This document shows, in pieces, positions 46,895 to 56,497 of a stretch of DNA of 61,803 nucleotides. The position numbers and the translations under genes were made by a program. The stretch is from Dehalococcoidia bacterium (GTDB lineage Bacteria > Chloroflexota > Dehalococcoidia > DSTF01 > JACRBR01). The notes below the pieces were generated by a model. The model did not search any database. It had not been told where the DNA came from and was given only the letters and a program-made list of their open reading frames with translations. The stretch is from positions 1 to 61,803 of the forward strand of contig JBGQBE010000014.1 in assembly GCA_041494685.1 (NCBI GenBank). The letters are read 5' to 3'. Every line of letters begins with the position of its first letter. The stretch's first letter is position 1.

Positions 46895-48385
46895 TCAGCT
46901 CAGCTTGATCTGGATGGCCTTCGTCTCCATGTACTCTTCCAGGCCCTCGTGCCCTAGCTCGCGTCCCAGGCCGCTCTGCTTGTAGCCGCCGTACGGCATG
47001 TATGGCAGGCCGGCGCTATGGTACGAGTTCACCCAGACGGTGCCGGCCTGGATGCCCTTCGCCATCTTGAAGGCGGTGTCGATGTCCCGCGTCCAGACTG
47101 CGGAGGCCAACCCGTAGATTGTGTCGTTCGCCAGCCGCAGCGCGTCGTCGGCGTCTTTGAACGTCATCACCGAAAGGACGGGGCCGAAGATCTCTTCCTG
47201 CGCGATCTTCATGTCGTTGCGCACACCGTCGAAGATCGTCGGCTGCACGAACAGGCCGGCATCGTAGCCTTCACCCTGCAGGCGTCCGCCGCCGCACACC
47301 ATCTGCGCACCCTCTTCCTGTCCGACGTGCACGTAGCGCACGACCTTCTCGAGCTGCGCTTCGTTGATCACGGGGCCCATCGTCACCGACGGATCCTCCG
47401 GGTTGCCGACCTTGATCGTGGATGTGAACGCCTTCAGCTTCGCCACGAACTCGTCCTTGATCGACTCCTGCAGAAGGAGCCGCGAGCCCGCCTGGCACAC
47501 CTGGCCGGTGTTCAGGTAGATGCCGAAGAACGAGCCGCCGACCGCCGCGTCGATGTTGGCGTCGGCGAAGACGACGTTCGGCGACTTGCCGCCGAGCTCC
47601 AGCGAGATCTTCTTCAGGTTGCCGGAGGCGGCCTGCATGATCGTCTTGCCGACGGCCGTCGAGCCGGTGAAGGCGACCTTGTCCACGCGGTCGCTCACGG
47701 CCAGCTCCGCGCCGACGACCGAGCCAGGGCCGGTGACGACGTTCATCACGCCGGCCGGCGCGCCGGCCTCGGTGATGATGCGCGCCAGCTCGAACGTCGT
47801 GCCGGCGGTGAACTCCGACGGCTTGGCGACGATCGTGCAGCCGGCGGCGAGCGCGGGGGCGAGCTTCCAGCTGATCAGCAGCACCGGGAAGTTCCACGGC
47901 GTGATCACGCCGACGACGCCGACCGGCTCGTGCACGGTCAGGCCGATCGCGTCCGGGACGTAGTTGGTGATGGAGTCGCCGCGGATGTCCAGCGCGAGGC
48001 CCGCGTAGTAGTCGTACACGTCGGCCGCCATCGCGACCTCTGCGATCGCCATGTTCGTGGGCTTGCCGACTTCCTTCGAGAGCAGCTGCGCCAGCGGCAG
48101 CAGCTCTCCGCGGACCTTCGCAGCGACGTTGCGCAGGACGGTCGCGCGCTGCGCCGCCGGCGCCTTCGACCACGTGCCGGCGTCGAAGGCCTTGCGCGCG
48201 GCGTCGATCGCCTTGCGCGCGTCCTCAACGCCGCCCCACGGGATCGTCTCGACGAGCGCGCCGGTGGCGGGGTTGCGGCGGTCGAAGGTCTCGCCCGTCG
48301 TCCCGGCAACCCAGCCGCCGTTGATGAACTGCTGGTAGTTGCGCGCCGCCGCCGTCGCGTTCGCGTCCCGTGTTTCCACCACCAT
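46895..48385 (-). CDS. Aldehyde dehydrogenase
   Basis: ITPWNFP, FTGST, LELGGKSP, GQVC, EEIFGPV; AGGAGG RBS. Confidence 0.96.
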   Translation of the reverse strand: MVVETRDANATAAARNYQQFINGGWVAGTTGETFDRRNPATGALVETIPWGGVEDARKAIDAARKAFDAGTWSKAPAAQRATVLRNVAAKVRGELLPLAQLLSKEVGKPTNMAIAEVAMAADVYDYYAGLALDIRGDSITNYVPDAIGLTVHEPVGVVGVITPWNFPVLLISWKLAPALAAGCTIVAKPSEFTAGTTFELARIITEAGAPAGVMNVVTGPGSVVGAELAVSDRVDKVAFTGSTAVGKTIMQAASGNLKKISLELGGKSPNVVFADANIDAAVGGSFFGIYLNTGQVCQAGSRLLLQESIKDEFVAKLKAFTSTIKVGNPEDPSVTMGPVINEAQLEKVVRYVHVGQEEGAQMVCGGGRLQGEGYDAGLFVQPTIFDGVRNDMKIAQEEIFGPVLSVMTFKDADDALRLANDTIYGLASAVWTRDIDTAFKMAKGIQAGTVWVNSYHSAGLPYMPYGGYKQSGLGRELGHEGLEEYMETKAIQIKLS

Positions 48386-48456
48386 CGCATGCCTCCTGAA
48401 CTGTGCTACGATCGATATGTCCGCACCAGCATAGCGCTGCCGGACGCTCAAGGTCT

Positions 48457-48476
48457 ACCTTAGTACGTGCTAAGGT
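48457..48476. promoter_or_regulatory. Near-perfect 20-bp palindrome, candidate operator
   Basis: ACCTTAGTACGTGCTAAGGT, one mismatched pair, upstream of the ALDH promoter. Confidence 0.55.
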
Positions 48477-48648
48477 GCGTGATCGTACGCGGCGATCGGC
48501 GCACCGTCAATGCACCGGCACGCCGGCGGGCGGCGCGGCGTCCGGACGCAGGCCGGACATTCGATGCGCGGCCGCGAGGTGCCTCCTGTCCCGAATGTCG
48601 CACCGAATGTCCCTGTAACGAGTCGGGGTTCGCCGGTACTCTGAGGCC

Positions 48649-49227
48649 ATGAAACTGACCATTCGCTCCCACAACACCACTGTCTTTCCCGGATTCGAAG
48701 AACACGCCGAGAAGCAGCTCGGACGGCTGGAGCGGCTGCTGCCACGCGTCGATGACGTGGTCGTAGAAGTTGGGCACGAGGAGACGCGCTCGGTGGCGCA
48801 CCGCTACGTGGTGCAGGTGACGGCGCACGCCGGCACCTCCATCCTGCGCGCGGAGGAGCGCGGCGCCGACCCGCGGGCGGCGCTGGACGTGGCGGCGGAC
48901 GTGCTGTCCCGGCAGGCGCGGCGCCACAAGAAGCGGCTGCACGACCGCCAGCACGCAACCGGCGCGAAGGAGACGGCCGCCGCCGCGCTGGCCGAGCCGC
49001 AGCCGGGCGACGGCGACGGCGACGAAGGCGACGAGTACCTGATCGGCAAGGTTGTGCGCGTGAAGCATTTCGAGGCGAAGCCGATGACGCAGGAAGAGGC
49101 GCTGGCGCAGATGGACCTCATCGGCCACGACTTCTTTCTGTTCCTGGACGCCACGACGAGCGACTACGCGCTGCTCTACAAGCGCGAAAACGGCGACTAC
49201 GGGCTGCTGGCGCCGCGCCGGGGGTAA
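48649..49227 (+). CDS. hpf: Ribosome hibernation factor (long HPF / RaiA family)
   Basis: ILRAEE, C-terminal KPMTQEEALAQMDLIGHDFFLF...YKRENGDYGL. Confidence 0.92.
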   Translation: MKLTIRSHNTTVFPGFEEHAEKQLGRLERLLPRVDDVVVEVGHEETRSVAHRYVVQVTAHAGTSILRAEERGADPRAALDVAADVLSRQARRHKKRLHDRQHATGAKETAAAALAEPQPGDGDGDEGDEYLIGKVVRVKHFEAKPMTQEEALAQMDLIGHDFFLFLDATTSDYALLYKRENGDYGLLAPRRG

Positions 49228-49351
49228 CAAGACTTGCCGCGTCGTCGGGGGCACGGTGCGGCCGCGCCCGATCCGCGCGCAGCGCGCCCCTACGTCAATC
49301 TGTGGCCATCTGTGTCATCTGTGGATCGTCGGGCGGCGCAGCGGGCTGCTC

Positions 49352-50110
49352 CTAGCGGAACATGTCGCGCTCGGCGGGGCGGATGAGCGCGCGGATCGAG
49401 GCTGTCTCTGACGGCTGGTACTCCGCGCCGCGGATGATCGCGACGGGGACGCGGGCGAGCTTGCCGTGCACCAGTTCGGCAGCGGCGGCCAGCTCATCGA
49501 TGACGGCCATCTGCGTGACGCGCAGCTCGTAACCGGCGGGGTCGCGCTGGCCCGCGTAGTTCACCAGCGGCTCGATGCCGGCGCAGCCGATGGCGAAGTT
49601 GACGATGCCCTCGCGCCAGGGACGGCCGAAGCTGTCCGAAACGATCACCGCGACGTCCACGCCGAGCGCGCCGCGCACGTGCGCGCGGATGCGCGACGCG
49701 GAGGCGTCGGAGTCGACCGGCAGCAGGCAAACGGTGCCGGTGTGCTCGACGTTTGAGGCATCGACGCCGGAATTGGCGCAGATGAAGCCGTGGTGGGTCT
49801 CAGTGATCAGCACGCCGTGCGCCATGCGCACGATCCGCTTCGACTCGTTGAGCACGACCTCGACCTGGCGGGCGTCCTTCTCGAACTCCGCCGCGAAGCG
49901 CTCAGCGAAGGGTGATGGCGTGACGCCGGCGAGATCGATGACCCGGCCTTCGGCCTTGGAGACGACCTTCTGCGTGACGACGAGCACGTCGCCGGCGGCG
50001 ATGGCAGCGCCCGCGGCGCGCGCCGCCGCGACGATCGTCGCCGGCAGGTCGTCGCCGGCGTGGACCTCCGGCATGCCTTCGAGTGCGATGACGCGGACTT
50101 CGCTGCTCAC
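49352..50110 (-). CDS. cofE: Coenzyme F420-0:L-glutamate ligase
   Basis: GMPEVHAGDDL, QKVVSKAEGR, ANSGVDASN, DSFGRPWREG. Confidence 0.95.
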   Translation of the reverse strand: MSSEVRVIALEGMPEVHAGDDLPATIVAAARAAGAAIAAGDVLVVTQKVVSKAEGRVIDLAGVTPSPFAERFAAEFEKDARQVEVVLNESKRIVRMAHGVLITETHHGFICANSGVDASNVEHTGTVCLLPVDSDASASRIRAHVRGALGVDVAVIVSDSFGRPWREGIVNFAIGCAGIEPLVNYAGQRDPAGYELRVTQMAVIDELAAAAELVHGKLARVPVAIIRGAEYQPSETASIRALIRPAERDMFR

Positions 50111-50754
50111 GCGATCCCCGCGATGCGGATGCCGGCCTGCGTCTTGTAGGCGCGGTTGACGCTCACCAGCAGCACGGTGATGCCCTCGACGATCTGCGCG
50201 TTGGCCAGCGCGCCGCCGTCGATGCCGCGCACGCCCTCGATAGCCGCGGCAAGCTCCATCACCTGGCGCTTGGCATCGGCGTCGTCGGCGCAGACGACCA
50301 CGTCGGCCTCCAGCGGGCCGCCCTTGAGCAGCTTCTTCGCGCTGAGGTTCTGGAACGCGGCGACCACGCGCGCGCCGGGCAGCAGCGCCTGTTCCTGCTC
50401 GGCGGCGGAGCCCTCCGGCACGCGCAACAACGACGCTTTGCCGCCCTCGAACGCCATGGGCACGACGGTGCTGACGACGATCTTGCCGGCGCAGGCGGCG
50501 GCGAGCGGCGGCAACGTGTCGGCCTGCGCGGCGTACGGCGTCGTGACGATCACGATGTCGCCGGCGGCCGCGGCATCGGCGTTGGTCGCGGCGGCCAAGT
50601 CGAGCGCCGGGTCTTTCTCGCGCAGCTCCGTGACGGAGGTCTGCGCCTTCTCGATGCTGCGCGAGCCGATGACGCAGGCGTGCCCCACCTTCGCGAAGCG
50701 GTACGCCAGCCCCATGCCCTCTTCGCCGGTCCCGCCGATAAACCCGATCCGCAT
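50107..50754 (-). CDS. npdG: NADPH-dependent F420 reductase
   Basis: IGGTGEEGMGLA, GSRS, EGSAAEQ, AFQNLSA, DGGALANA. Confidence 0.92.
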   Translation of the reverse strand: MRIGFIGGTGEEGMGLAYRFAKVGHACVIGSRSIEKAQTSVTELREKDPALDLAAATNADAAAAGDIVIVTTPYAAQADTLPPLAAACAGKIVVSTVVPMAFEGGKASLLRVPEGSAAEQEQALLPGARVVAAFQNLSAKKLLKGGPLEADVVVCADDADAKRQVMELAAAIEGVRGIDGGALANAQIVEGITVLLVSVNRAYKTQAGIRIAGIA

Positions 50755-50771
50755 GCGTACTTCCCTTCGGG

Positions 50772-50878
50772 AGAACCAAGAACTCAGAACCTGGAACCTG
50801 GGGGTTGGAACGAGTGAAGTTGGACGGTTAGGTTCTTGGTTCTAAGTTCTTGGTTCTTGGTCGTCGGTTCTTGGTTCT
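50772..50878. repeat. Inverted heptamer cassette AGAACCW / WGGTTCT
   Basis: agaacca agaactc agaacct ggaacct, 30-nt spacer, aggttct tggttct aagttct tggttct tggtcgt cggttct tggttct. Confidence 0.9.
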
Positions 50879-50894
50879 GGCGCGCGAAGCGCTC

Positions 50895-51677
50895 CTAGTG
50901 CATCTCCGTGCCGCCGTTGACGTTCAGCGCGATGCCTGTGATGTTCTCCGCCTTGCACAGGAACACGACCGCCTGGCCCATGTCCGCGGCTGTCTGCGGG
51001 CGACCCATCGGCACGCGCTGCTTGATGAACGCGTCAAAGGCTTCCGTGGCGGAGACGCCGCTGGCGGCGCCGATGGCCGGTGACAGCACGTCGCGCCACA
51101 TGTGCGTGTCGACCTCGCCGGGGCAGATGCAGTTCACCGTCACGTTGAACGACGCCATCTCCTGCGCGTGCGACTGCGTGAAGCCGATGACGCCGAACTT
51201 CGACGTGCTGTACGCCGACGTCATCGGGTTGCCGCGCTTGCCGGCGATCGACGACAGGTTGACGATGCGGCCCGCGCGCCGCCCCATCATGTGGCCCGAG
51301 ACCGCCTTCGAGCAGAGGAACGTGCCCTTCAGGTTGACGTCCAGAATCAGGTCCCAGTCTTCCTCGGCGAACGCGACGACGGGGCCGATCTTGATGACGC
51401 CGGCGTTGTTCACGAGGACATCGACCTGGCCCCACTTGTCGATCGCGGCCTGCACCATGGCCTGGCACTGCGATTCCTCGCGGACGTCGACATCGACGGC
51501 GATAGCGTCGCTGCCGAGGCGCTTGATCTCGGCGATGGTCTCGTCGCGGTCAGCGCTGACGGAAGGGAGATCGGCGACGGCTATGCGCACGCCCTCCTTC
51601 GCCAGCTCATACGCGATGCCGCGGCCGATGCCGCGCGCTCCTCCGGTGACGATCGCCACCGCGCCCTTGAGTTCCAT
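50895..51677 (-). CDS. SDR oxidoreductase
   Basis: TGGARGIG, NNAG, YSTSK. Confidence 0.95.
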   Translation of the reverse strand: MELKGAVAIVTGGARGIGRGIAYELAKEGVRIAVADLPSVSADRDETIAEIKRLGSDAIAVDVDVREESQCQAMVQAAIDKWGQVDVLVNNAGVIKIGPVVAFAEEDWDLILDVNLKGTFLCSKAVSGHMMGRRAGRIVNLSSIAGKRGNPMTSAYSTSKFGVIGFTQSHAQEMASFNVTVNCICPGEVDTHMWRDVLSPAIGAASGVSATEAFDAFIKQRVPMGRPQTAADMGQAVVFLCKAENITGIALNVNGGTEMH

Positions 51678-51817
51678 GATGAGCCGCCTTTCTCCGAGGT
51701 CATGGTCATTGTGGGGGAAGAGGCGGGTAGGATCGAGCCGTGCGGACGTTCAGTGGCGTGCCTCGCGCAGCGATGCTCCGCCGCGCGGGCTACGAGCACG
51801 CGGTCAATGGGCGGGAA

Positions 51818-51907
<90 letters not shown>

Positions 51908-51916
51908 ACTGGACGG

Positions 51917-51999
51917 AGAACCAAACCAAGAACCTAGAACCCAGAACCTAAGACCGGCGCTCTGTCGGCCCCGATCCTATGTCCTGGGTTCTGCGTTCG
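51917..51999. repeat. Degenerate AGAACCW / GGTTCT inverted heptamer cassette in tRNA spacer
   Basis: agaacca aacca agaacct agaaccc agaacct ... cgatcct atgtcct gggttct gcgttcg. Confidence 0.7.
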
Positions 52000-52002
52000 C
52001 GA

Positions 52003-52089
52003 TGGCGGAGAGGGCGGGATTCGAACCCGCGAGGCTCATCGCCTACCGCTTTTCGAGAGCGGCACCATCAACCACTCGGACACCTCTCC
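52003..52089 (-). tRNA. tRNA-Ser(CGA)
   Basis: GGAGAGGTGTCCGAGTGG...CCGCT-CTCGAAA-AGCGG, GGTTCGAATCC, ends GCCA; TATACT -10 just upstream. Confidence 0.97.
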
Positions 52090-52120
52090 GGGCGGAGTAT
52101 AGCAAGGCGATTCGCCACGC

Positions 52121-52741
52121 TCACCCCCCGTGGGTGAGGTCCTGGAAGCGGCGCTCCTGCTCGCGCTGCGCCTCACGCGAGGCCTGGCGGCCCGCGCGGA
52201 CCGCCTGGCGCAGGCGCGCGGCAATGCCCTGCGGCTGGCGGGCGACGGCGGGCTCGAGCTCCGGGTTGCGGAACTCGTCGGGCACCTGCTCCTGCTCCTC
52301 GGGGCCGGGGCGCGCGAAGAGCCAGATGGCGATGGCGACGGCGGCCGCGATGATGGTGAAGATCAGCAGGACCGTGAGCAGCGAGCCGCCGCGGCCGCCG
52401 CTCTTCTCACGCGCAGGCTTCGATGCCTGCTGCGCGGCCTTCTTCGCCGCTTTCGCGACCGCGAGGGCGGCGCTGGCTTCGGCCTTCTCGCGCTTGCGCT
52501 GGTCGCGCTTCGCCTTCGAGTCGGCCGGCTCCACCTCGAACTCGATCTTGCCGAACGGCGTCTCGAACTTCAGCTCGTAGTCGGCGTCGTCGTCCTCGTC
52601 GTGCTTCTTGCCTCGCTTCTTCTCCGCGTCCTCGACAGGCGCGGATGGCGCTTCGGCGCGCGGCGCATCATCGCGTTCAGGCTGCGGTTCGCGTTCGAGC
52701 ACGGCTGTGGCGGATCCGCTGGTGGTTTCGTCGTCTGCCAT
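52121..52741 (-). CDS. Hypothetical single-TM protein
   Basis: GGAGG RBS, charged N-terminus, central TM. Confidence 0.7.
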   Translation of the reverse strand: MADDETTSGSATAVLEREPQPERDDAPRAEAPSAPVEDAEKKRGKKHDEDDDADYELKFETPFGKIEFEVEPADSKAKRDQRKREKAEASAALAVAKAAKKAAQQASKPAREKSGGRGGSLLTVLLIFTIIAAAVAIAIWLFARPGPEEQEQVPDEFRNPELEPAVARQPQGIAARLRQAVRAGRQASREAQREQERRFQDLTHGG

Positions 52742-52832
52742 GACATCCCTCCGTGGCGTCCGGAATGTTTGCTGCGCCGCCGCGTGGCGGCGATTTCATA
52801 TCGCAGTGTTCGCTGATCAGCCCGGCGCGCTG

Positions 52833-53189
52833 CTACTTCTTGCCGGAGCGCGTGTCCGCACCGGTGAGACCGGCGATGACGCCGGCCGCGCGGCGGACGC
52901 CCGCGACGACGCCGTACGCGCGGATGATCGGCGTGACGGCGGCGTGCGAAACGTAGGCGGCGGTGCCCTTGACGTTGTCGGCGGTCTCTTTCGCCGAGCC
53001 GAGCAGCGGCTTCACGCTGTCGTCCATGAGGACGAGCGACTTTCTGAGCACGGTCCGCGTGAGCAGGCCCAGCACGATGGTCATGACGAGCGCGACGAAG
53101 AAAAACGCCGCGACGGCGATGCCCATGAAGATGATCACCCAGTCCCGGAAGGTGGCGACGAAGAGCGGGGAGACTGCGAACGCGTCCAC
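52833..53189 (-). CDS. Hypothetical membrane protein
   Basis: TM helix followed by amphipathic helices. Confidence 0.7.
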   Translation of the reverse strand: MDAFAVSPLFVATFRDWVIIFMGIAVAAFFFVALVMTIVLGLLTRTVLRKSLVLMDDSVKPLLGSAKETADNVKGTAAYVSHAAVTPIIRAYGVVAGVRRAAGVIAGLTGADTRSGKK

Positions 53190-53282
53190 GGCATGATCCT
53201 CGGTAGAAGCTGTGTGCCGCCAATCATAACACGGCCCACCGGGCAGGAAGAACAGGCCATGTCGCCCCTCGTTTACGCGCCC

Positions 53283-53891
53283 CTACGATGCCGTCGCCAT
53301 CCCGCGGAAGCGCACGAGGCGCCAGGCGACGGTGGCGTAGCTAAGGCCGCCGACCATCACCAGCGCCCACCAGCACTGGCCGATCGCCGCGCCGACGGCG
53401 AGCGCCAGCAAGCGGACGTCGCGCGAGGCGACGCCCAGCAGGCCCGAGGCGACGTCGCGGCCACCCTCCGTCTCGAGCCGGGCGCGGGAGTAGGAGACGA
53501 GCAGGAACCCCACGGCGGCGGCGAAGCCCACGGCGGCGGGCGCGGGCCAGCCTTCATGGCGGGACGCCCAGAGCGCCATGCCCGCCGCGATGGCGGCGTC
53601 GGCGTAGCGGTCCAGCACCGCGTCGAAGAGGCCGCCGAAGCGCGTCGCCATGCCCTTCGCGCGCGCCAGGTCGCCGTCCACGCCGTCGACGATCGACGAC
53701 GCCTGGATGAGCAGCGCGGCTTCGACGTTGCGGCCGGCCGCGAGCAGCAGCGCGGCGGCGCAGGCGACAAGCAGCGCGAGCACGGAGACCTCGTTGGGCG
53801 TGGCGGGCGTGCGGGCGAGCGCCGCGGCGACCGGCACGGAGACGCGACGGTTCAGGTAGCGGGATACGGGGCCGTCAAGCGACGCGGCCAT
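53283..53891 (-). CDS. CDP-alcohol phosphatidyltransferase (DIPPS-like)
   Basis: DGPVSRYLNRRVS, TPN, DGVDGDLARAKG...GGLFDAVLDRYAD. Confidence 0.9.
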   Translation of the reverse strand: MAASLDGPVSRYLNRRVSVPVAAALARTPATPNEVSVLALLVACAAALLLAAGRNVEAALLIQASSIVDGVDGDLARAKGMATRFGGLFDAVLDRYADAAIAAGMALWASRHEGWPAPAAVGFAAAVGFLLVSYSRARLETEGGRDVASGLLGVASRDVRLLALAVGAAIGQCWWALVMVGGLSYATVAWRLVRFRGMATAS

Positions 53892-54591
53892 GTGCGCCGA
53901 TGATCGCTTCCGCCGCGCGGAGGTCGTCCTTCGTATCGACGTCGATCCAGCGGCTGCCGGTGACGTCCACGGCATCGAGCTGGCCGGCGTGCGCCAGTGC
54001 TGCGAAGACTGCGCCGGCCTCGCCGTCGCGCAGATCGGGCGCCATTGCCTCGAAGAGGCGGGGCGTGCACCAGAAGAGGCCGGTGTCGAGCGCGTTCCAG
54101 TCACGCAGCCCCTTGCCGAGATCGAGCACGCGGCCGTCGCGGACGCGCGCGAGCGTGGCCTCATCGGCGCGCGGGTCCGTAGGCACCGCGCGCTCGACCG
54201 CGAGGCGGCAGCGGCCGCCGGCGCCGGCGGCGAGCGCCGCCACCATCGACGGCTCGACAAGGTGGTCGCCCATGGCGAGCACGAAGCCGGGTACGGCGGC
54301 GACGGCATGGCGCGCGGCCCAGATGGAGCGGGCGTTGCCAAGCAGGTAGTCCGGGTTCTCGGCGAAGGCGATGCGCACGCCGCACGGCGAGAGGTTGCCG
54401 AGCGCGCGCCGGATCTGCTCGCCGTGGTAGCCGACGACGACGGTGACATCGTCAACACCGCCGGCGAAGAGGGCGTCGAGCACGTGGTTGAGGATGGGGC
54501 GGCCGTGCAGCTTGAGCAGCGGCTTCGGGACGCCGGCGGTCAGCGGGTGCAGGCGGCCCCCGTCACCGGCGGCCAGGACGACAGCTTGCAT
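53875..54591 (-). CDS. Sugar-phosphate cytidylyltransferase (IPCT/LicC-like)
   Basis: VLAAGDGGRL...PKPLL, MGDH, DTGLF, WIDVDTKDD. Confidence 0.88.
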   Translation of the reverse strand: MQAVVLAAGDGGRLHPLTAGVPKPLLKLHGRPILNHVLDALFAGGVDDVTVVVGYHGEQIRRALGNLSPCGVRIAFAENPDYLLGNARSIWAARHAVAAVPGFVLAMGDHLVEPSMVAALAAGAGGRCRLAVERAVPTDPRADEATLARVRDGRVLDLGKGLRDWNALDTGLFWCTPRLFEAMAPDLRDGEAGAVFAALAHAGQLDAVDVTGSRWIDVDTKDDLRAAEAIIGAHGRVA

Positions 54592-54614
54592 GCGGGCTCC
54601 TTGAGCTGGGCGGC

Positions 54615-54695
54615 TGGAATCAGAAACCGGAAACTGGGACCCGGGCGTCTACGTGCCCCTGCCCCGAGTCTCCAGTCTCGAATTTCCAGTCTCCA
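54615..54695. repeat. Inverted heptamer cassette YGGARAC / GTYTCCA
   Basis: tggaat cagaaac cggaaac tgggacc ... gtctcca gtctcga atttcca gtctcca. Confidence 0.7.
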
Positions 54696-54708
54696 ATTGG
54701 GCCCCGGA

Positions 54709-55203
54709 CTAGAAGGGCAGGCCCTTGACGCCCTGGATGCCCTTGATCGCAGCCATGTCGCCGGTGTGCCCGACGCAGTGCATGGCGGCGAGCTGGATCA
54801 AGTACGCCACGGACTGGACGCCGAAGAACCGCGTCTCCAGCTGGCGGTCGAGGTCGGTGTCGTTGAGCGACGAGACGTATTCCAGCGCGGCCTGCTGTAC
54901 ACCCGCGCCGTACTCGTTCACCGCGTCCATCGAGACAGGACCAGTATAGCCCCAGATCTCGAGCGGGTTCCCCGGCAGCCCGTGCTTCGCGGCGAAGGCC
55001 GGCCAGCTCAACTCGCCACCCTTGGCCATGCCGATGATGAAGAAATCGAGCGACGTCAGGGCGTGGATGTGATTCTTGCCGATAGGGTTACAGGTGCCCG
55101 CGGGCTGGTAGACGTATTGCTCTTGGGTAGTCCCCGCCAGCGCCCCGTTCATCAGGTTCAGGCCGTGCTCCAACTGCATCTTCGCGAACTGACTTCCGTT
55201 CAT
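54709..55203 (-). CDS. DinB-superfamily protein
   Basis: AAGGAG RBS; H...HTGDMAAIKG.QGVKGLPF, paralogous to 274..792. Confidence 0.75.
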   Translation of the reverse strand: MNGSQFAKMQLEHGLNLMNGALAGTTQEQYVYQPAGTCNPIGKNHIHALTSLDFFIIGMAKGGELSWPAFAAKHGLPGNPLEIWGYTGPVSMDAVNEYGAGVQQAALEYVSSLNDTDLDRQLETRFFGVQSVAYLIQLAAMHCVGHTGDMAAIKGIQGVKGLPF

Positions 55204-55255
55204 GAAGTTACTCCTTTCACTATAGCGGTCAGCCTCGCATCCGGCGGGGCTTCGG

Positions 55256-56341
55256 TCAAGCGCGAAGTTCGGCCCGCAGGATGGCGCCGCCGCCGACGAC
55301 CTCGTCGCCATCGTAAAAGACGGCGGCCTGGCCGGGCGTAACGGCACGCTGCGGGGCATCGAACGCGACGCGCGCGCCGCCATCCGGCAGCGGCGTCACC
55401 GTCGCGGGCGCGGCAGCGGTGCGATAGCGGATCTTCGCATGCAGGCGGGTCGCGGCGGGCGGCGGCGCGCCGGCGAGCCAGTTCACGCGCTCCGCCAGGA
55501 GCCCGTTCGCGAGCAGGTCTTCCTCGCGGCCGACGGTGATGACGTTGAGCTCCGGATCGATGCCGGTGACGAAGCGCTTCTCGCCGGTGGCGACGCCCAG
55601 GCCGCGGCGCTGGCCGATGGTGTAGCCGGCGACGCCGTCGTGCTCGCCGACGACCGCGCCGTCGCCGTCGCGCACGACGCCGGCGGCCTGCGGCAAGCGG
55701 CGCCGCAGGAAGGCGCGGTGGTCGCCATCCGGTACGAAGCAGATGTCGGCGCTGTCGGGCTTGTCGGCGAGCGGGAGCCGCATCTCGCGGGCGATCTCGC
55801 GGATGCGCGGCTTGGCGCAGTCGCCGACGGGGAAGAGCGTGCGCGCAAGCTCGGCCTGGCCGAGCGTGTAGAGCACGTACGACTGGTCCTTCGCGTCGTC
55901 GACGGCGCGGCGCAGGCGGTGGCGTCCGGCATCGCGGTCGACGCGGGCGTAGTGGCCGGTTGCGAGGAAATCGGCGTCGAGCGCGACGGCGCGGTCGAGG
56001 AGGGCGCGGAACTTCACGTGCTCGTTGCAGGCGAGGCAGGGGTTGGGCGTGCGGCCGCGGGCGTACTCATCGACGAAGTAGCTGACGACGCGATCCTGGA
56101 ATTCGCGCTCCATGTTGAGGACGTAGTGGGGGATGCCGAGCACGTCGGCGGCGGCGCGGGCGTCCTCGGTGTCTTCGACGGAGCAGCAGCGCTTCTTGCC
56201 GGCGGGCGCGCCGGCGTCCTCGACCGTCCAGAGGCGCATAGTGATGCCGACGACGTCGTGGCCCTGGCGGACGAGCAAACCGGCCGCGACGGCGGAATCG
56301 ACGCCGCCGCTCATGGCGACGACGACGCGCTGCTTCTTCAT
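55256..56341 (-). CDS. mnmA: tRNA 2-thiouridine synthase
   Basis: AMSGGVDS, TPNPCLACN, ATGHYA, KDQSYVL, TIGQRRGLG, TPGQAAVFY. Confidence 0.97.
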   Translation of the reverse strand: MKKQRVVVAMSGGVDSAVAAGLLVRQGHDVVGITMRLWTVEDAGAPAGKKRCCSVEDTEDARAAADVLGIPHYVLNMEREFQDRVVSYFVDEYARGRTPNPCLACNEHVKFRALLDRAVALDADFLATGHYARVDRDAGRHRLRRAVDDAKDQSYVLYTLGQAELARTLFPVGDCAKPRIREIAREMRLPLADKPDSADICFVPDGDHRAFLRRRLPQAAGVVRDGDGAVVGEHDGVAGYTIGQRRGLGVATGEKRFVTGIDPELNVITVGREEDLLANGLLAERVNWLAGAPPPAATRLHAKIRYRTAAAPATVTPLPDGGARVAFDAPQRAVTPGQAAVFYDGDEVVGGGAILRAELRA

Positions 56342-56497
56342 GAGATCAAGCGTAGCAGGTGGGGTGATGGATGCGAGAAGACCGGAGACGGGCCGATCGG
56401 GACGGGCGGCGAGACAGGTTCGAGGGGGAGGGCAGGGCGGCCGATCCCGTATACTTCTCGTAATCCCCCTGAACGCAGAGAGCATCGGAGTCACCTA

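Noticed and set aside
50772..50878. LexA boxes in the AGAAC/GTTCT arrays
   Set aside because: Half-sites are tandem at 7-nt period, never arranged as GAAC-N4-GTTC, and neighbours are not SOS genes.
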